Assembly: GCA_040902205.1 (NCBI GenBank)
Contig: JBBDXR010000028.1
Span: 7,390 to 71,389 of the forward strand
Source of the DNA: Anaerolineales bacterium
Lineage (GTDB): Bacteria; Chloroflexota; Anaerolineae; Anaerolineales; UBA11579
Reading direction: 5' to 3'
DNA length: 64,000 nucleotides
Positions 8,184 through 17,468 of this stretch are shown here, one piece after another. The number at the start of each line of letters is the position of its first letter. The first letter of the stretch is position 1. A program made the position numbers and the translations under genes. Below the pieces are notes generated by a model. It saw only the letters and a list, made by a program, of their open reading frames with translations. It ran no database searches and was not told the DNA's origin.

Positions 8184-10517
8184 CTACGCTGCTTTTTCTT
8201 CGGCGGGTTCCGGCTGCACGTCATCCAGCGGGAACTGAGTCTCGCACTTCAGGCATTGGGCGAAGTTCTTGTTGGCGATCACCAGGGTCCCGGCGCAGTT
8301 GGGACAGGGCGTGGCGATGGGCCGCTTCCAGGAGGTGAACTCGCAGGCCGGGTAATTGGCGCAGCCGAAGAAGACGCGGCCCTTGCGCGTGCGGCGCTCC
8401 ACCAGCTCGCCGCCGTCCAACGGGCAGATGACGCCGATCTTCTGCAGCCAGGGTTCGGTATGGCGGCATTCGGGGAAGCGCTCGCAGCCGATGAACTTGC
8501 CGTAGCGCCCCCAGCGGATGATGAGCTGGCCCTGGTTGCAGGTAGGGCAGGTGCGGCCCACGTATTCGGGTCCGGCCTTGGACTCGGGCATCTCGGCTTT
8601 GGCGCGTTCCACCGTGGCGGAGAAAGGCTCATAGAAATCGCGGATGATCTTGACCCAGCCCTCTTCGCCGGATGCGATCTTGTCCAGATGCTCTTCCATC
8701 TCAGCGGTGAACTGATAATCCACGATGGCTGGAAAGTGTTCGGTAATCAGGTCGTTGACCAGCAGGCCGGTCTCGGTGGGAATGAGGCGGCGCTCTTCGC
8801 GGGTCACGTAGCCGCGCTGCTGCAGCGTGTTGAGCGTGGGCGCGTAGGTGGAGGGGCGGCCGATGCCGTATTCCTCCAGCGTCTTCACCAGCGTGGCCTC
8901 GCTGTAGCGCGGCGGCGGCTGGGTGAAATGCTGCTCGGGCAACAGCTGGATGAGTTTTTGCTTTTGGCCTTCGGCCAGGTCTGGAGGGATGGCCGCGCCG
9001 TCCTCCTCTTCGCCCTCGGCCACTTCGGGGCGGGTCTCCTCGTACACCGCAAGGTAGCCGGGGAAGACGAGGTTGGAGCCGGCGGCACGCAGCAAGTATT
9101 TGTGAGCAGCGCCCTCCCCCAGCACGCGCACGGACACCGTGTCGTAGACGGCGGGCATCATCTGCGAGGCCAGGAAGCGCTGCCAGACGAGCTGGTACAG
9201 GCGGTACTGGTCGCGGGAGAGCTGGTCTTTGATCTGGGTTGGCGTCCGCAGGGCGGAGGTGGGGCGGATGGCCTCGTGGGCTTCCTGGGCGCCTTTGGAG
9301 CGGGTCTTGTAGACCGGCGGCTCGTCGGGGATGTAGGAGGCGCCGTGCACTTCTTTGATGTAATCGCGCGCTTCCTGTTGGGCTTGTGCCGAGACGTTCA
9401 TCGAATCGGTGCGCATGTAGGTGATGAGGCCGGTGTTCTCGCCATGGCCCAGGTCGATGCCTTCGTAGAGCTGCTGGGCTACGGCCATGGTGCGCTTGGC
9501 GGTGAAGCCCAGCTTGCGGCTGGCTTCCTGCTGCAAGGTGCTGGTGGTGAAGGGCGCGGGCGCCTTGCGGCGGCGCTGGCCGCGCTTGATCTCGGAGATG
9601 GCGTAAGCCGCGGCCTGCAAGTCGGCCAGCAGCGGGTCGACGTCGGCCTTCTTGCCGAGCTTGGGCTCGGCGCCGTCCACCTCGGCTAACTTGGCCTTGA
9701 AGGTGGCGGCGCTTCCTTCCGGCTGCAACTCGGCTTCGATGCTCCAATATTCAACGGGGACGAAGGCATCGATCTCGCGCTCGCGCTCCACGATGAGGCG
9801 CAGCGCCACGGATTGGACGCGGCCGGCCGAAAGTCGGTTGCGCACCTTGGTCCACAGGATGGGGCTGAGGCTGTAGCCGACGAGACGGTCCAGCACGCGG
9901 CGCGCCTGCTGCGCGTCGACCAGCGACATGTCGATGGCGCGCGGGTGATGGAAGGCCTCTTCGATGGCGGGCTTGGTGATCTCGTGAAAGACCACGCGCT
10001 TCGTGCGGGAAGGATCGATCTCGGCGGCTTCAATGAGATGCCAGGCGATGGCCTCGCCTTCGCGGTCAGGGTCGGTGGCCAGGTAGATCTCCTCGGCGCG
10101 GGCGGCCTCCTTCTTGAGTTCCTTCACCACCGGGCGCTTCTCATTGGGCACACGGTACTTGGGCTCGAAATTATTCTCGACGTCCACGGAGAGCTGCGAG
10201 CGCAGCAGATCGCGCACGTGGCCGACAGAGGCTTCGACGCGGTAGCCGCTGCCCAGGAAGCGGCCCACGGTGCGGGCCTTGGCTGGCGATTCGACGATGA
10301 CTAGTTTGCCGGAGCGCTTGGCATCGGCGCGTTCCTGCGGCGTGGGCTTGGGCGGCGGCGTGAGGCCGGCGTGCGCCGGCGTGGCGCCCATGCGGAACAG
10401 CGTGGTGCCGCACACGGGGCAGGTGCCACGGGTGCCCGGCGTGCCGGTCTTGGTGAACTCCGGCGCCGGGTTCTGCATCTCGCGTTTAGTTTTGCACTTT
10501 ACACAATAAGCTTCCAA
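8184..10517 (-). CDS. topA: DNA topoisomerase I with an extra N-terminal zinc ribbon and C-terminal C4 zinc fingers
   Basis: TOPRIM motif LVIVESPAKA. Active-site region ITYMRTDS. Several CxxC...CxxC fingers at the C-terminus. N-terminal CVKCK...CPVCG precedes the TOPRIM domain. Confidence 0.95.
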   Translation of the reverse strand: MEAYCVKCKTKREMQNPAPEFTKTGTPGTRGTCPVCGTTLFRMGATPAHAGLTPPPKPTPQERADAKRSGKLVIVESPAKARTVGRFLGSGYRVEASVGHVRDLLRSQLSVDVENNFEPKYRVPNEKRPVVKELKKEAARAEEIYLATDPDREGEAIAWHLIEAAEIDPSRTKRVVFHEITKPAIEEAFHHPRAIDMSLVDAQQARRVLDRLVGYSLSPILWTKVRNRLSAGRVQSVALRLIVEREREIDAFVPVEYWSIEAELQPEGSAATFKAKLAEVDGAEPKLGKKADVDPLLADLQAAAYAISEIKRGQRRRKAPAPFTTSTLQQEASRKLGFTAKRTMAVAQQLYEGIDLGHGENTGLITYMRTDSMNVSAQAQQEARDYIKEVHGASYIPDEPPVYKTRSKGAQEAHEAIRPTSALRTPTQIKDQLSRDQYRLYQLVWQRFLASQMMPAVYDTVSVRVLGEGAAHKYLLRAAGSNLVFPGYLAVYEETRPEVAEGEEEDGAAIPPDLAEGQKQKLIQLLPEQHFTQPPPRYSEATLVKTLEEYGIGRPSTYAPTLNTLQQRGYVTREERRLIPTETGLLVNDLITEHFPAIVDYQFTAEMEEHLDKIASGEEGWVKIIRDFYEPFSATVERAKAEMPESKAGPEYVGRTCPTCNQGQLIIRWGRYGKFIGCERFPECRHTEPWLQKIGVICPLDGGELVERRTRKGRVFFGCANYPACEFTSWKRPIATPCPNCAGTLVIANKNFAQCLKCETQFPLDDVQPEPAEEKAA

Positions 10518-10567
10518 GTTGCTCTACTTTCGGGTCTTCTTAGAATGACGAAGGTATTAACAGCGAA

Positions 10568-11659
10568 CTACAGGTATCGTTGCAGGCCTTTTTCTTTCAG
10601 CAGCTCGATCACCTTGCGAAGATCCTGCGAACGGGTTTTATCACAGATTAGCAATACGTCGCCGGTATCCACCACCACCAGGTCGTGCACGCCAACGGTA
10701 ACGATCATGCGCTCTTCACTGTTGCTGTGGACCAGCGAATTGCGGCTGTCGAAATCTACGTGGTGCTTATGCAACACCAGGTTGCCATTGCCGTCCAGCT
10801 TCAGGACCTCGAACAGCGACGACCAGGAGCCGACGTCGTTCCAGGCCATATTCCTGGCGGGGATGACGGCCACGTCCTTGGCGTGCTCCATGATGCCGTA
10901 GTCGATGGTCTGGGCGGAAATGCGCGGCCACTCGTAGGTGAGCACGGTCTCGAAATCGGGCTGCCCCCAGGCCCGGCTGATCTTCAGCAGGGCGGCGTGC
11001 AGCTTGGGCATCTGCTGTTCGAATTCGGCCAGAATGCGGTCCACCTTCCAGATGAACATGCCGGAATTCCAGGCGTAATGGCCGTCGGCCAGCATCTGCT
11101 GCGCTTCAGCCAGTTCGGGTTTTTCCTTGAAGCGCTGCACAGTAAAGGCTTCGAAATCCCCGGCCAGGCCCAGCGAATCGCCCATTTGGATGTAGCCGTA
11201 TTGGGTGGCCGGATAGGTGGGTTCGATGCCGAGGGTGACCAAATGATCTTGCAGCGCCAAATCATGGGCGGCCAGCAAATAGCGGCCAAATTCGCCTTTG
11301 TCGCCGATGTAATGGTCGGCGGTGAGAACGGCCATGACCGCGCCGGGGTGGCGGCTGTGCAGGAAGGCCGCGGCCAAGCCGATGGCGGGCGCTGTGCCAC
11401 GCGGCTGCGGCTCCAGCAGGAAATTCTCCTTGGCCAGCTCCGGCGCCTGCTGCTGCAGTTCGATGCAATGGGCAGCGTTGGTGACGACAAGGATGCGTTC
11501 AGGAGGGAAGCGGCGTTCCAAGCGGCGCACCGCCATCTGGAACAAGGTGGCGTCGTCGATGAGCTGCAGCATTTGCTTGGGGCGGGATTGACGGGACAGT
11601 GGCCACAAGCGCGTGCCGCCGCCGCCGGCCATGATGACTGCGTAATAGTTATCGGTCAT
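10568..11659 (-). CDS. mannose-1-phosphate guanylyltransferase-type nucleotidyltransferase
   Basis: N-terminal AVIMAGGGGTRLWPLS motif. Confidence 0.85.
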   Translation of the reverse strand: MTDNYYAVIMAGGGGTRLWPLSRQSRPKQMLQLIDDATLFQMAVRRLERRFPPERILVVTNAAHCIELQQQAPELAKENFLLEPQPRGTAPAIGLAAAFLHSRHPGAVMAVLTADHYIGDKGEFGRYLLAAHDLALQDHLVTLGIEPTYPATQYGYIQMGDSLGLAGDFEAFTVQRFKEKPELAEAQQMLADGHYAWNSGMFIWKVDRILAEFEQQMPKLHAALLKISRAWGQPDFETVLTYEWPRISAQTIDYGIMEHAKDVAVIPARNMAWNDVGSWSSLFEVLKLDGNGNLVLHKHHVDFDSRNSLVHSNSEERMIVTVGVHDLVVVDTGDVLLICDKTRSQDLRKVIELLKEKGLQRYL

Positions 11660-12771
11660 GGCCCCACCTGGTACTCGGCGCGCGGTTCGCGGGCGGCCAC
11701 GTAGCTCATGCCGCCCACCTGGCGCACCAGGCCTTTCAGCTCCATCAACGCCAGCGCCGAGGATACCTGGTCGATGGGCAACTGGGCCAGGGCGCCGATC
11801 TCATTGACGTGCAGGGGTTCCGCGCCGAGAAGGCCGAAGAGCCTGGCTTCGGTGGCATCCGCGGGCAGGACGGCCGCGGCGGTTTTGTGCTCGGCCATCA
11901 TTTCAAGATTGAGCAGATCGAGCAGGTCCTCGAAGCGCACCAGGGGATGGGCGCCGCGCTGGATGAGCATGTTGGTGCCCTTGCTGGCGGGGGCAAAGAT
12001 ATTGCCGGGCACGGCGAAGACCTCGCGGCCTTGCTCGGCAGCAAAGCCGGCGGTGATCAGCGCGCCGCTCTGTTCGCCGGCTTCGACGATGACCACGGCC
12101 AGGGACAGGCCGGAGATGATGCGATTGCGCGGCGGGAAGTTGGCGGCGTCCGGTGGAGTACCGACGGCATAGTCACTGACCAGCGCGCCATGGGCGATGA
12201 TCTCTTCGGCCAGGCGGCGATTCTCGACCGGGTACACCTGATCCAATCCGTGGGCCAATACGGCGATGGTGCGGCCGCCGGCTTTGAGCGCGGCGCGGTG
12301 GGAAATGGCGTCCACACCTTTGGCCAACCCGCTGACCAGGGTGATGCCATTGTGCGCCAGGAAGGCGCCGAACTCTTCGGCCACCTGCTGGCCGTACGGG
12401 GACACGCGGCGCGTGCCGACCACGGCCACCGCCCATTCGTCCTCGGGGAGCAGCTGGCCGCGGACATAGAGCACCGGAGGGGCTTGATCCAGCTCGCGCA
12501 ACTTGCGCGGGTAAGCATCGTCCTGCCAGGTGAGCGCAGTGATGTTGTGTTTATCCAGATCGGGGAGGAGGCGCGACAAGTCAATCGTTTGGCGGGCTTC
12601 GATGAAATTTGCCACGTAGACTTCACCGAGGCCCGTCTGGCGCCACCGGTCCGGTGAGGCTTCCCAGGCGGCTTGGGGCGAGCCGAAGGAATCCAGCAAG
12701 GCGCGCAGACGCACGGCCCCGATCCCTTTGACCCTATTCAATGCTAACCAGTAAATACGCTCGTCAGTCAT
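11656..12771 (-). CDS. dprA: DNA-processing protein DprA
   Basis: Rossmann-like core VVGTR...SGLAKGVD..H.AAL with a C-terminal wHTH. The start is set at ATG 12771 (MTDERIYW). Confidence 0.9.
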   Translation of the reverse strand: MTDERIYWLALNRVKGIGAVRLRALLDSFGSPQAAWEASPDRWRQTGLGEVYVANFIEARQTIDLSRLLPDLDKHNITALTWQDDAYPRKLRELDQAPPVLYVRGQLLPEDEWAVAVVGTRRVSPYGQQVAEEFGAFLAHNGITLVSGLAKGVDAISHRAALKAGGRTIAVLAHGLDQVYPVENRRLAEEIIAHGALVSDYAVGTPPDAANFPPRNRIISGLSLAVVIVEAGEQSGALITAGFAAEQGREVFAVPGNIFAPASKGTNMLIQRGAHPLVRFEDLLDLLNLEMMAEHKTAAAVLPADATEARLFGLLGAEPLHVNEIGALAQLPIDQVSSALALMELKGLVRQVGGMSYVAAREPRAEYQVGP

Positions 12772-12847
12772 AAGACCACCCCTGGGAAGCGGGCAGAGAA
12801 TATCATAACAGTGGGCAGTTGACAAAAAGATAGTGGACAGAAAAAAC

Positions 12848-13423
12848 TCAGCCTGCGCGCAGGCCGGGCAACAGATGTACGATCATGCGTTTGGCCTTGA
12901 GGTCCACAGCCCGAACCACTTGGTCGATAGCTGGTAACAGAAGTTCGCCGCCGTCTTCTGGCCGCACCACAAAGACTTCGTTGCCGCCGGTGTGCAGAAT
13001 GTCCACGAGCGTTCCCAGCGGCTCGCCGGAGTCCTCGATCACCTCAAGGCCGAGCAGCTGATGCTGATAATACTCGCCGGCGGGAAGCGGAGGCCGGTCC
13101 GCGACTGCTGCGGACAAGGGCACGTTGCGCAAGCCTTCGACATCCTCGACACTGGGAAATTCCTCAAAAGCCAGCAGCAGGCCGTCGTTGTGCTCACGCC
13201 GCTTGGAGATCGTCACAGGCCGATGGTCTTCGCCGACATAGAGCCGGGCGCCGGGCTGCAAGCGTTCGGGAAAATCGGTTTCCAGGGAAACCAGGACCTC
13301 CCCTTGTAAGCCGTGGGGACGGCGTAAGATGCCTACCAAGACAAAAGCAGGCTCGCCTGAAATCGGCGAGCCTGTGGGTTTGCTTCGACGGCGGGCTGCG
13401 TAACGCCGACGCGGGGTGGTCAC
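12848..13423 (-). CDS. rimM: 16S rRNA processing protein RimM
   Basis: GILRRPHGLQGEV motif plus a PRC barrel. It sits in the conserved rpsP-KH-rimM arrangement. Confidence 0.85.
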   Translation of the reverse strand: MTTPRRRYAARRRSKPTGSPISGEPAFVLVGILRRPHGLQGEVLVSLETDFPERLQPGARLYVGEDHRPVTISKRREHNDGLLLAFEEFPSVEDVEGLRNVPLSAAVADRPPLPAGEYYQHQLLGLEVIEDSGEPLGTLVDILHTGGNEVFVVRPEDGGELLLPAIDQVVRAVDLKAKRMIVHLLPGLRAG

Positions 13424-13656
13424 TCGGGTTCCGAGATTTGCAGGAAAGCGCGCTTACCATCACGGGCAGCTGTAACCTGCAAGAGCATGCGGATGGCATT
13501 GGCGACGCGCCCGTTGCGACCGATCACCCTACCCATGTCGTCACGAGCGACGCGCAAATTGATCTCGATGTTCTCTCCCTTTTTACGCTCCCATACCTGA
13601 ACACCAGTGGGATCATCCACCAGGGAGCGCGCCACGTACTCGATCAGCTCTTTCAT
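13420..13656 (-). CDS. KH-domain RNA-binding protein (YlqC-like)
   Basis: GRVIGRNGR (GxxG) KH motif. It lies between rpsP and rimM. Confidence 0.85.
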   Translation of the reverse strand: MKELIEYVARSLVDDPTGVQVWERKKGENIEINLRVARDDMGRVIGRNGRVANAIRMLLQVTAARDGKRAFLQISEPE

Positions 13657-13667
13657 CGGTCAGAGGA

Positions 13668-14216
13668 TTAGGCGGCGGGAGTTTCTTCAGATTGCGGGGC
13701 TGGGGCGTCAGCAGCCGGGGCGGCAGGAGCTTCTTCAGATTTCGGAGCCGGGACGTCAGCAGCCGGGGCGGCAGGAGCTTTTTCAGATTTCGGGGCCGGG
13801 GCAGCAGCAGCCGGGGCGGCAGGAGCTTCGGCCTTGGCCGCCTTCTTGCGGCTGGAAGTGCCGGCGCCGGGGGCGCTGCGCTGGGTGCGGCTGTTCACGT
13901 TGCGAGCCTGGACGGCGGCAGCCGCTTCGGCCAGCAAGGTCTCCACTTTTTCGCCGGTCTTGAAGCGCTCGAAGCGCTCCAACAGGCCAATGACTTTGAA
14001 TACCTGCACGGCGGAATCACTGGGCTGAGCTCCATTGGCGATCCAATGATAGATGCGATCTTCCTTCAGATTGATGGTGGCGGGCTCGGTGCGCGGGTTG
14101 TAATAACCCAGGATCTCAATAAAACGCCCGTTGCGCGGGCTTTCTTTATCGGCCGCCACAACACGAAAGCTGGCTTGCGATTTGCTGCCAACACGGCGTA
14201 AACGTATGCGAACCAT
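13668..14216 (-). CDS. rpsP: 30S ribosomal protein S16 with a repetitive Ala/Pro-rich C-terminal tail
   Basis: MVRIRLRRVGSK...FRVVAAD...YYNP is classic S16. The tail is encoded by 48-nt tandem repeats. Confidence 0.95.
   Translation of the reverse strand: MVRIRLRRVGSKSQASFRVVAADKESPRNGRFIEILGYYNPRTEPATINLKEDRIYHWIANGAQPSDSAVQVFKVIGLLERFERFKTGEKVETLLAEAAAAVQARNVNSRTQRSAPGAGTSSRKKAAKAEAPAAPAAAAPAPKSEKAPAAPAADVPAPKSEEAPAAPAADAPAPQSEETPAA
13672..13835 (-). repeat. 48-nt tandem repeat (about 3.3 copies) encoding the S16 tail
   Basis: gcagccgggg recurs at 13712, 13760 and 13808. The peptide unit is APAAPAA(D/A)xPAP(K/Q)SE(E/K)x. Confidence 0.9.
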
Positions 14217-14408
14217 GGATAAGCAAGACTCCTATTTCTTGGTGAGTGATTATACCTGTTGCGAAGGTAAGCCCCGCAAACAGCAGGTGATTTTAGCCGT
14301 CCAAGCTGCAGCGGTCAAGGGTGGGCTTCGCCGCAACCCGCGACTTCATTTAATGGCTTGTGTTGTAATTGGCACGGTTCTCATCCTAAAGCTGAAAGCG
14401 GAGAAGAG

Positions 14409-15260
14409 ATGGCCAAAATCGCCCTGGTTACAGACAGCACGACCTATATCCCTAAAGAACTTAGCAAAGGGTACGACATTCATGTAGTCCCATCCGTGAT
14501 CATCTGGGGCGAGGAGGTATTTAAAGACGGAGTCGATATCCAGCCCACCGAATTCTACAAGCGGCTGGCGGCGTCCAAGACCTCCCCGACCACGTCCCAG
14601 CCTACCCCGGCAGTTTTCATCGACAAACTCAAGCAATTAGGCTCGCAAGGGTACAAGGATGTGTTGGGCGTTTTCGTTTCCGCCGGCTTCTCCGGAACGA
14701 TCGCTTCGGCAGAGCAGGCCAAGCAACAGGTGACGGACGTCAATTTCACCATCGTGGACGGCCATTCGGCCTCCATGGGGACCGGATGGCCGCTGTTGGA
14801 GGCCGCCAAGGCGATCAAGGCGGGCAAGTCCTTCGAAGAGTGCGTCAAGATCGCCGAAGAGGCCACCAAGCACACCGGGGTGCTGTTGATGGTGGATACG
14901 CTGGAGTTCCTGCACCGCGGCGGACGCATTGGCGGGGCGCAGCGCTTTGTGGGCACGGCATTGAACTTGAAGCCGATCCTCGAAGTGATGGATGGCAAGC
15001 TGGAAGCGGTAGAGCGGGTGCGCACGAAGGCGAAGGCGCTGGACCGCTTGGTGGAACTGCTGGTGGAACGCGTGGGCGGCCGCAAGCCGGTACGCCTGGT
15101 CGCGCTGCACGCCAATGCACCGGAGGACGCCAAGATGCTGTTGGCCGAAGGGGCCAAGCGACTGCAACCTATCGAGACGGCGTTAAGCGAGGTTAGCCCG
15201 GCAGTGGGCACGCACACCGGCCCGGGCACGGTGGGCTTCGCGTTCATGGCGGGGGTGTAA
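14409..15260 (+). CDS. DegV-family fatty-acid-binding protein
   Basis: KIALVTDSTTYIP start and ...HTGPGTVGFA end motifs. Confidence 0.9.
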   Translation: MAKIALVTDSTTYIPKELSKGYDIHVVPSVIIWGEEVFKDGVDIQPTEFYKRLAASKTSPTTSQPTPAVFIDKLKQLGSQGYKDVLGVFVSAGFSGTIASAEQAKQQVTDVNFTIVDGHSASMGTGWPLLEAAKAIKAGKSFEECVKIAEEATKHTGVLLMVDTLEFLHRGGRIGGAQRFVGTALNLKPILEVMDGKLEAVERVRTKAKALDRLVELLVERVGGRKPVRLVALHANAPEDAKMLLAEGAKRLQPIETALSEVSPAVGTHTGPGTVGFAFMAGV

Positions 15261-15286
15261 GGACGGTTGGCAGAAGGTAGAAGGTA

Positions 15287-15318
15287 GAAAAGGGCGGGCT
15301 TGAGGCCCGCCCTTTATG
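15287..15318. terminator. bidirectional rho-independent terminator
   Basis: The stem gggcgggc (15291-15298) pairs with gcccgccc (15304-15311). It is flanked by aaaa and tttatgttt and lies between convergent degV and pdp. Confidence 0.8.
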
Positions 15319-15356
15319 TTTACTGGAGCTCTCCCCAGACCCAACGAGGTGTTGGG

Positions 15357-16661
15357 TTACTTCACGGTGCCGTAGAAAAGTGGAAGGGGGTTGATCTTGC
15401 GCTCGTTCCATTTGTGGGCGGCCAACACGCGAGCGCGGGCGGCTTTCAGCTTGGCCTCATCGTTGGCGTGGAGCGTGAATAACCGCGCGCCCTTGGTCAC
15501 CTTATCGCCTACTTTGTGATGGACGACGATGCCGACAGCATGATCGATCGTGTCCCCTTTCTTGACGCGGCCGGCGCCCAGCTCAACGGAAGTCTCGCCG
15601 ACTTCTTTGGCATCGATGAATTTGAGGTAACCCGAGCGCGGCGCGGGGACATCTTCGATGTATTGAGCCGGCGCAAATTTTTCCGGATCGTCCACATAGC
15701 TGACATCCCCCCCCTGAGCGGCGACCAGGGCGCGGAAGCGCTGGAAGGCGCTGCCGTCCTGCAGCTTCGCCGCGGCTAGCTTGCGGGCGGCGGCCAGCGT
15801 CTTTTCCTTTTCCCCCAATACGATGAGGTGGCTGGCTACCTCCAGAGCGTGTTGGCGGAAGTCCTCAGGGCCGCCGCCGCGCAGAGTCTCGATGGCTTCC
15901 TTCACCTCGAGGGAATTCCCAACGGCATGGCCAAGCGGCTGGTTCATGTCGGACAGCAAAGCCACGGCTTTGCGGCCGGCCAGCTTGGCGATCTTCACCA
16001 TGATGCGTGCCAATGCACGCGCATCCTCCAGGTTCTTCATGAAGGCGCCGACGCCAACTTTGACGTCCAACACCATGCGCTGTGCGCCGGCGGCGATCTT
16101 CTTGCTCATGATGGAAGAGGCGATCAGCGGGAGTGACTCGACTGTTCCTGTAACGTCCCGCAAAGAATACAGCATTCCGTCCGCTGGAGCCAAGTCACCG
16201 GTTTGCCCTGTGAGCACAACACCCAACTCACGCAATTGGGATAGGAACTCTTCAGTAGTAAGGTTGGTGCGAAAGCCGGGGATAGACTCCATCTTGTCGA
16301 GAGTGCCACCGCTAAAGCCAAGACCTCGCCCGGACATCTTGCCGACATGCAGACCGCAAGCAGAAGCTATTGGCTCCACGACTAGAGTGGTCTTGTCGCC
16401 AACCCCGCCTGTGGAATGTTTGTCCAGGGCGAAATCAACCACTCCGGACAAGTCAAGCACGTCGCCAGAATTAGCCATAGCTAGACTCAAGTCTCTTGTT
16501 TCAATGTCCGACATCCCATTTATATAGACTGCCATTGCCCACGAGGCAATCTGATAATCAGGTATCCTTCCGCTTACTAAACCCCGGACAATAAACTGGA
16601 TTTCTTCTTTCGATAGGTTTTTTCCATCACGTTTTTTTACTATTAAATCTACTGCACGCAT
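15357..16661 (-). CDS. pdp: pyrimidine-nucleoside (thymidine) phosphorylase
   Basis: DKHSTGGVGDK and SGRGLG.GGTLDK motifs; length 434 aa. The 5' third of the gene is compositionally atypical (see findings). Confidence 0.95.
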   Translation of the reverse strand: MRAVDLIVKKRDGKNLSKEEIQFIVRGLVSGRIPDYQIASWAMAVYINGMSDIETRDLSLAMANSGDVLDLSGVVDFALDKHSTGGVGDKTTLVVEPIASACGLHVGKMSGRGLGFSGGTLDKMESIPGFRTNLTTEEFLSQLRELGVVLTGQTGDLAPADGMLYSLRDVTGTVESLPLIASSIMSKKIAAGAQRMVLDVKVGVGAFMKNLEDARALARIMVKIAKLAGRKAVALLSDMNQPLGHAVGNSLEVKEAIETLRGGGPEDFRQHALEVASHLIVLGEKEKTLAAARKLAAAKLQDGSAFQRFRALVAAQGGDVSYVDDPEKFAPAQYIEDVPAPRSGYLKFIDAKEVGETSVELGAGRVKKGDTIDHAVGIVVHHKVGDKVTKGARLFTLHANDEAKLKAARARVLAAHKWNERKINPLPLFYGTVK

Positions 16662-16694
16662 TCATCACCTTCGAAGTTGTTGCCTATTGTCTAG

Positions 16695-16700
16695 TATAAT
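16695..16700 (+). promoter_or_regulatory. candidate -10 box (TATAAT) for the low-GC operon
   Basis: A perfect TATAAT lies 25 nt upstream of ATG 16725, and agagagga lies just before the ATG. No convincing -35 box was seen. Confidence 0.35.
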
Positions 16701-16724
16701 GCGCCCAAGCAAAGAGAGGACAGT

Positions 16725-17465
16725 ATGTCTGAACAACAGAAGAAGTTTATTGTGTTCGAGTATGCGGATGGTGGGAATGCTAGCTATTTCATTGACAAAA
16801 TTAGAGACGAGGAAATCCTAAAGGACACACAATTTGTAGTCGAGCGAGAGCCTACATACGGGATCTTCGGCGGTGCACTTATGCCGATACTAAGGGGAGA
16901 TTTAAGATACGAGCCTCATTTTTTAGAATTGATGTTCGGCTTTTTAGCTGACAGGGCAAACCACACTTTAAGGAAATCTGAATTTTCTATAAATGGTCTG
17001 CGAAAAAATAAACATGTGATCTGCGATCGATATAACCTTGCAACGTTTGCATATCAAATTGCCAGGATAGATCCGTCAAGAGATCTTCCGATTTACAGTG
17101 GGGAAACAAAAGATGACCTCTTCAAGTGGTTTGAAGAAGTATGTAAGTATTTCCCAAAACCAGACCTAACGGTTTTTTTGAAATTCAATACTAGTACTCT
17201 CGCTGATAACATAAAAAAGGCAAATCCAACCATTCCTCCATTTACAATACTGCCCAAAAAAAATGAGGAAGAAACAGAAGATCAATATGAGGAACGAATA
17301 AAAGGCCACATTGATGAGATTACAAACAACTACCTCATGGCAATTGAATACCTAACAAAAAGGGCCGTAGGGCGTCAAAAAATTGAGGTTATTGATGTTG
17401 AGTTCCACGAGAAAGCTTGGCGAGATATGAGGCCTAAGATTTTAGAGTGCCTAAAAACTAAATAA
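16725..17465 (+). CDS. thymidylate-kinase-like protein A (degenerate P-loop)
   Basis: Tmk-like order of motifs: KFIVFE..., REP (aa 41-43), FLADRANH, VICDRY (DRY, aa 101-103), PDLTVFL. The P-loop reads FEYADGGNAS instead of GxxGxGK[ST]. Low GC. Confidence 0.7.
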   Translation: MSEQQKKFIVFEYADGGNASYFIDKIRDEEILKDTQFVVEREPTYGIFGGALMPILRGDLRYEPHFLELMFGFLADRANHTLRKSEFSINGLRKNKHVICDRYNLATFAYQIARIDPSRDLPIYSGETKDDLFKWFEEVCKYFPKPDLTVFLKFNTSTLADNIKKANPTIPPFTILPKKNEEETEDQYEERIKGHIDEITNNYLMAIEYLTKRAVGRQKIEVIDVEFHEKAWRDMRPKILECLKTK

Positions 17466-17468
17466 AAA

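Noticed and set aside
8181-9689. 502-aa ORF on the plus strand
   Set aside because: It lies entirely antisense to topA, is rich in Gly/Ala/Leu/Arg and has no start context. This is a typical shadow ORF of high-GC DNA.
13672-13835. Possible CRISPR array (also considered for 23770-23925)
   Set aside because: The repeats are directly abutting with no spacers, are in frame within coding sequences, and have no cas genes nearby.
13607-14201. Two plus-strand ORFs (118 aa and 169 aa) with repeated RQELxQISGPG-like units
   Set aside because: They are mirror translations of the 48-nt repeat and core of rpsP, whose identity is unambiguous.
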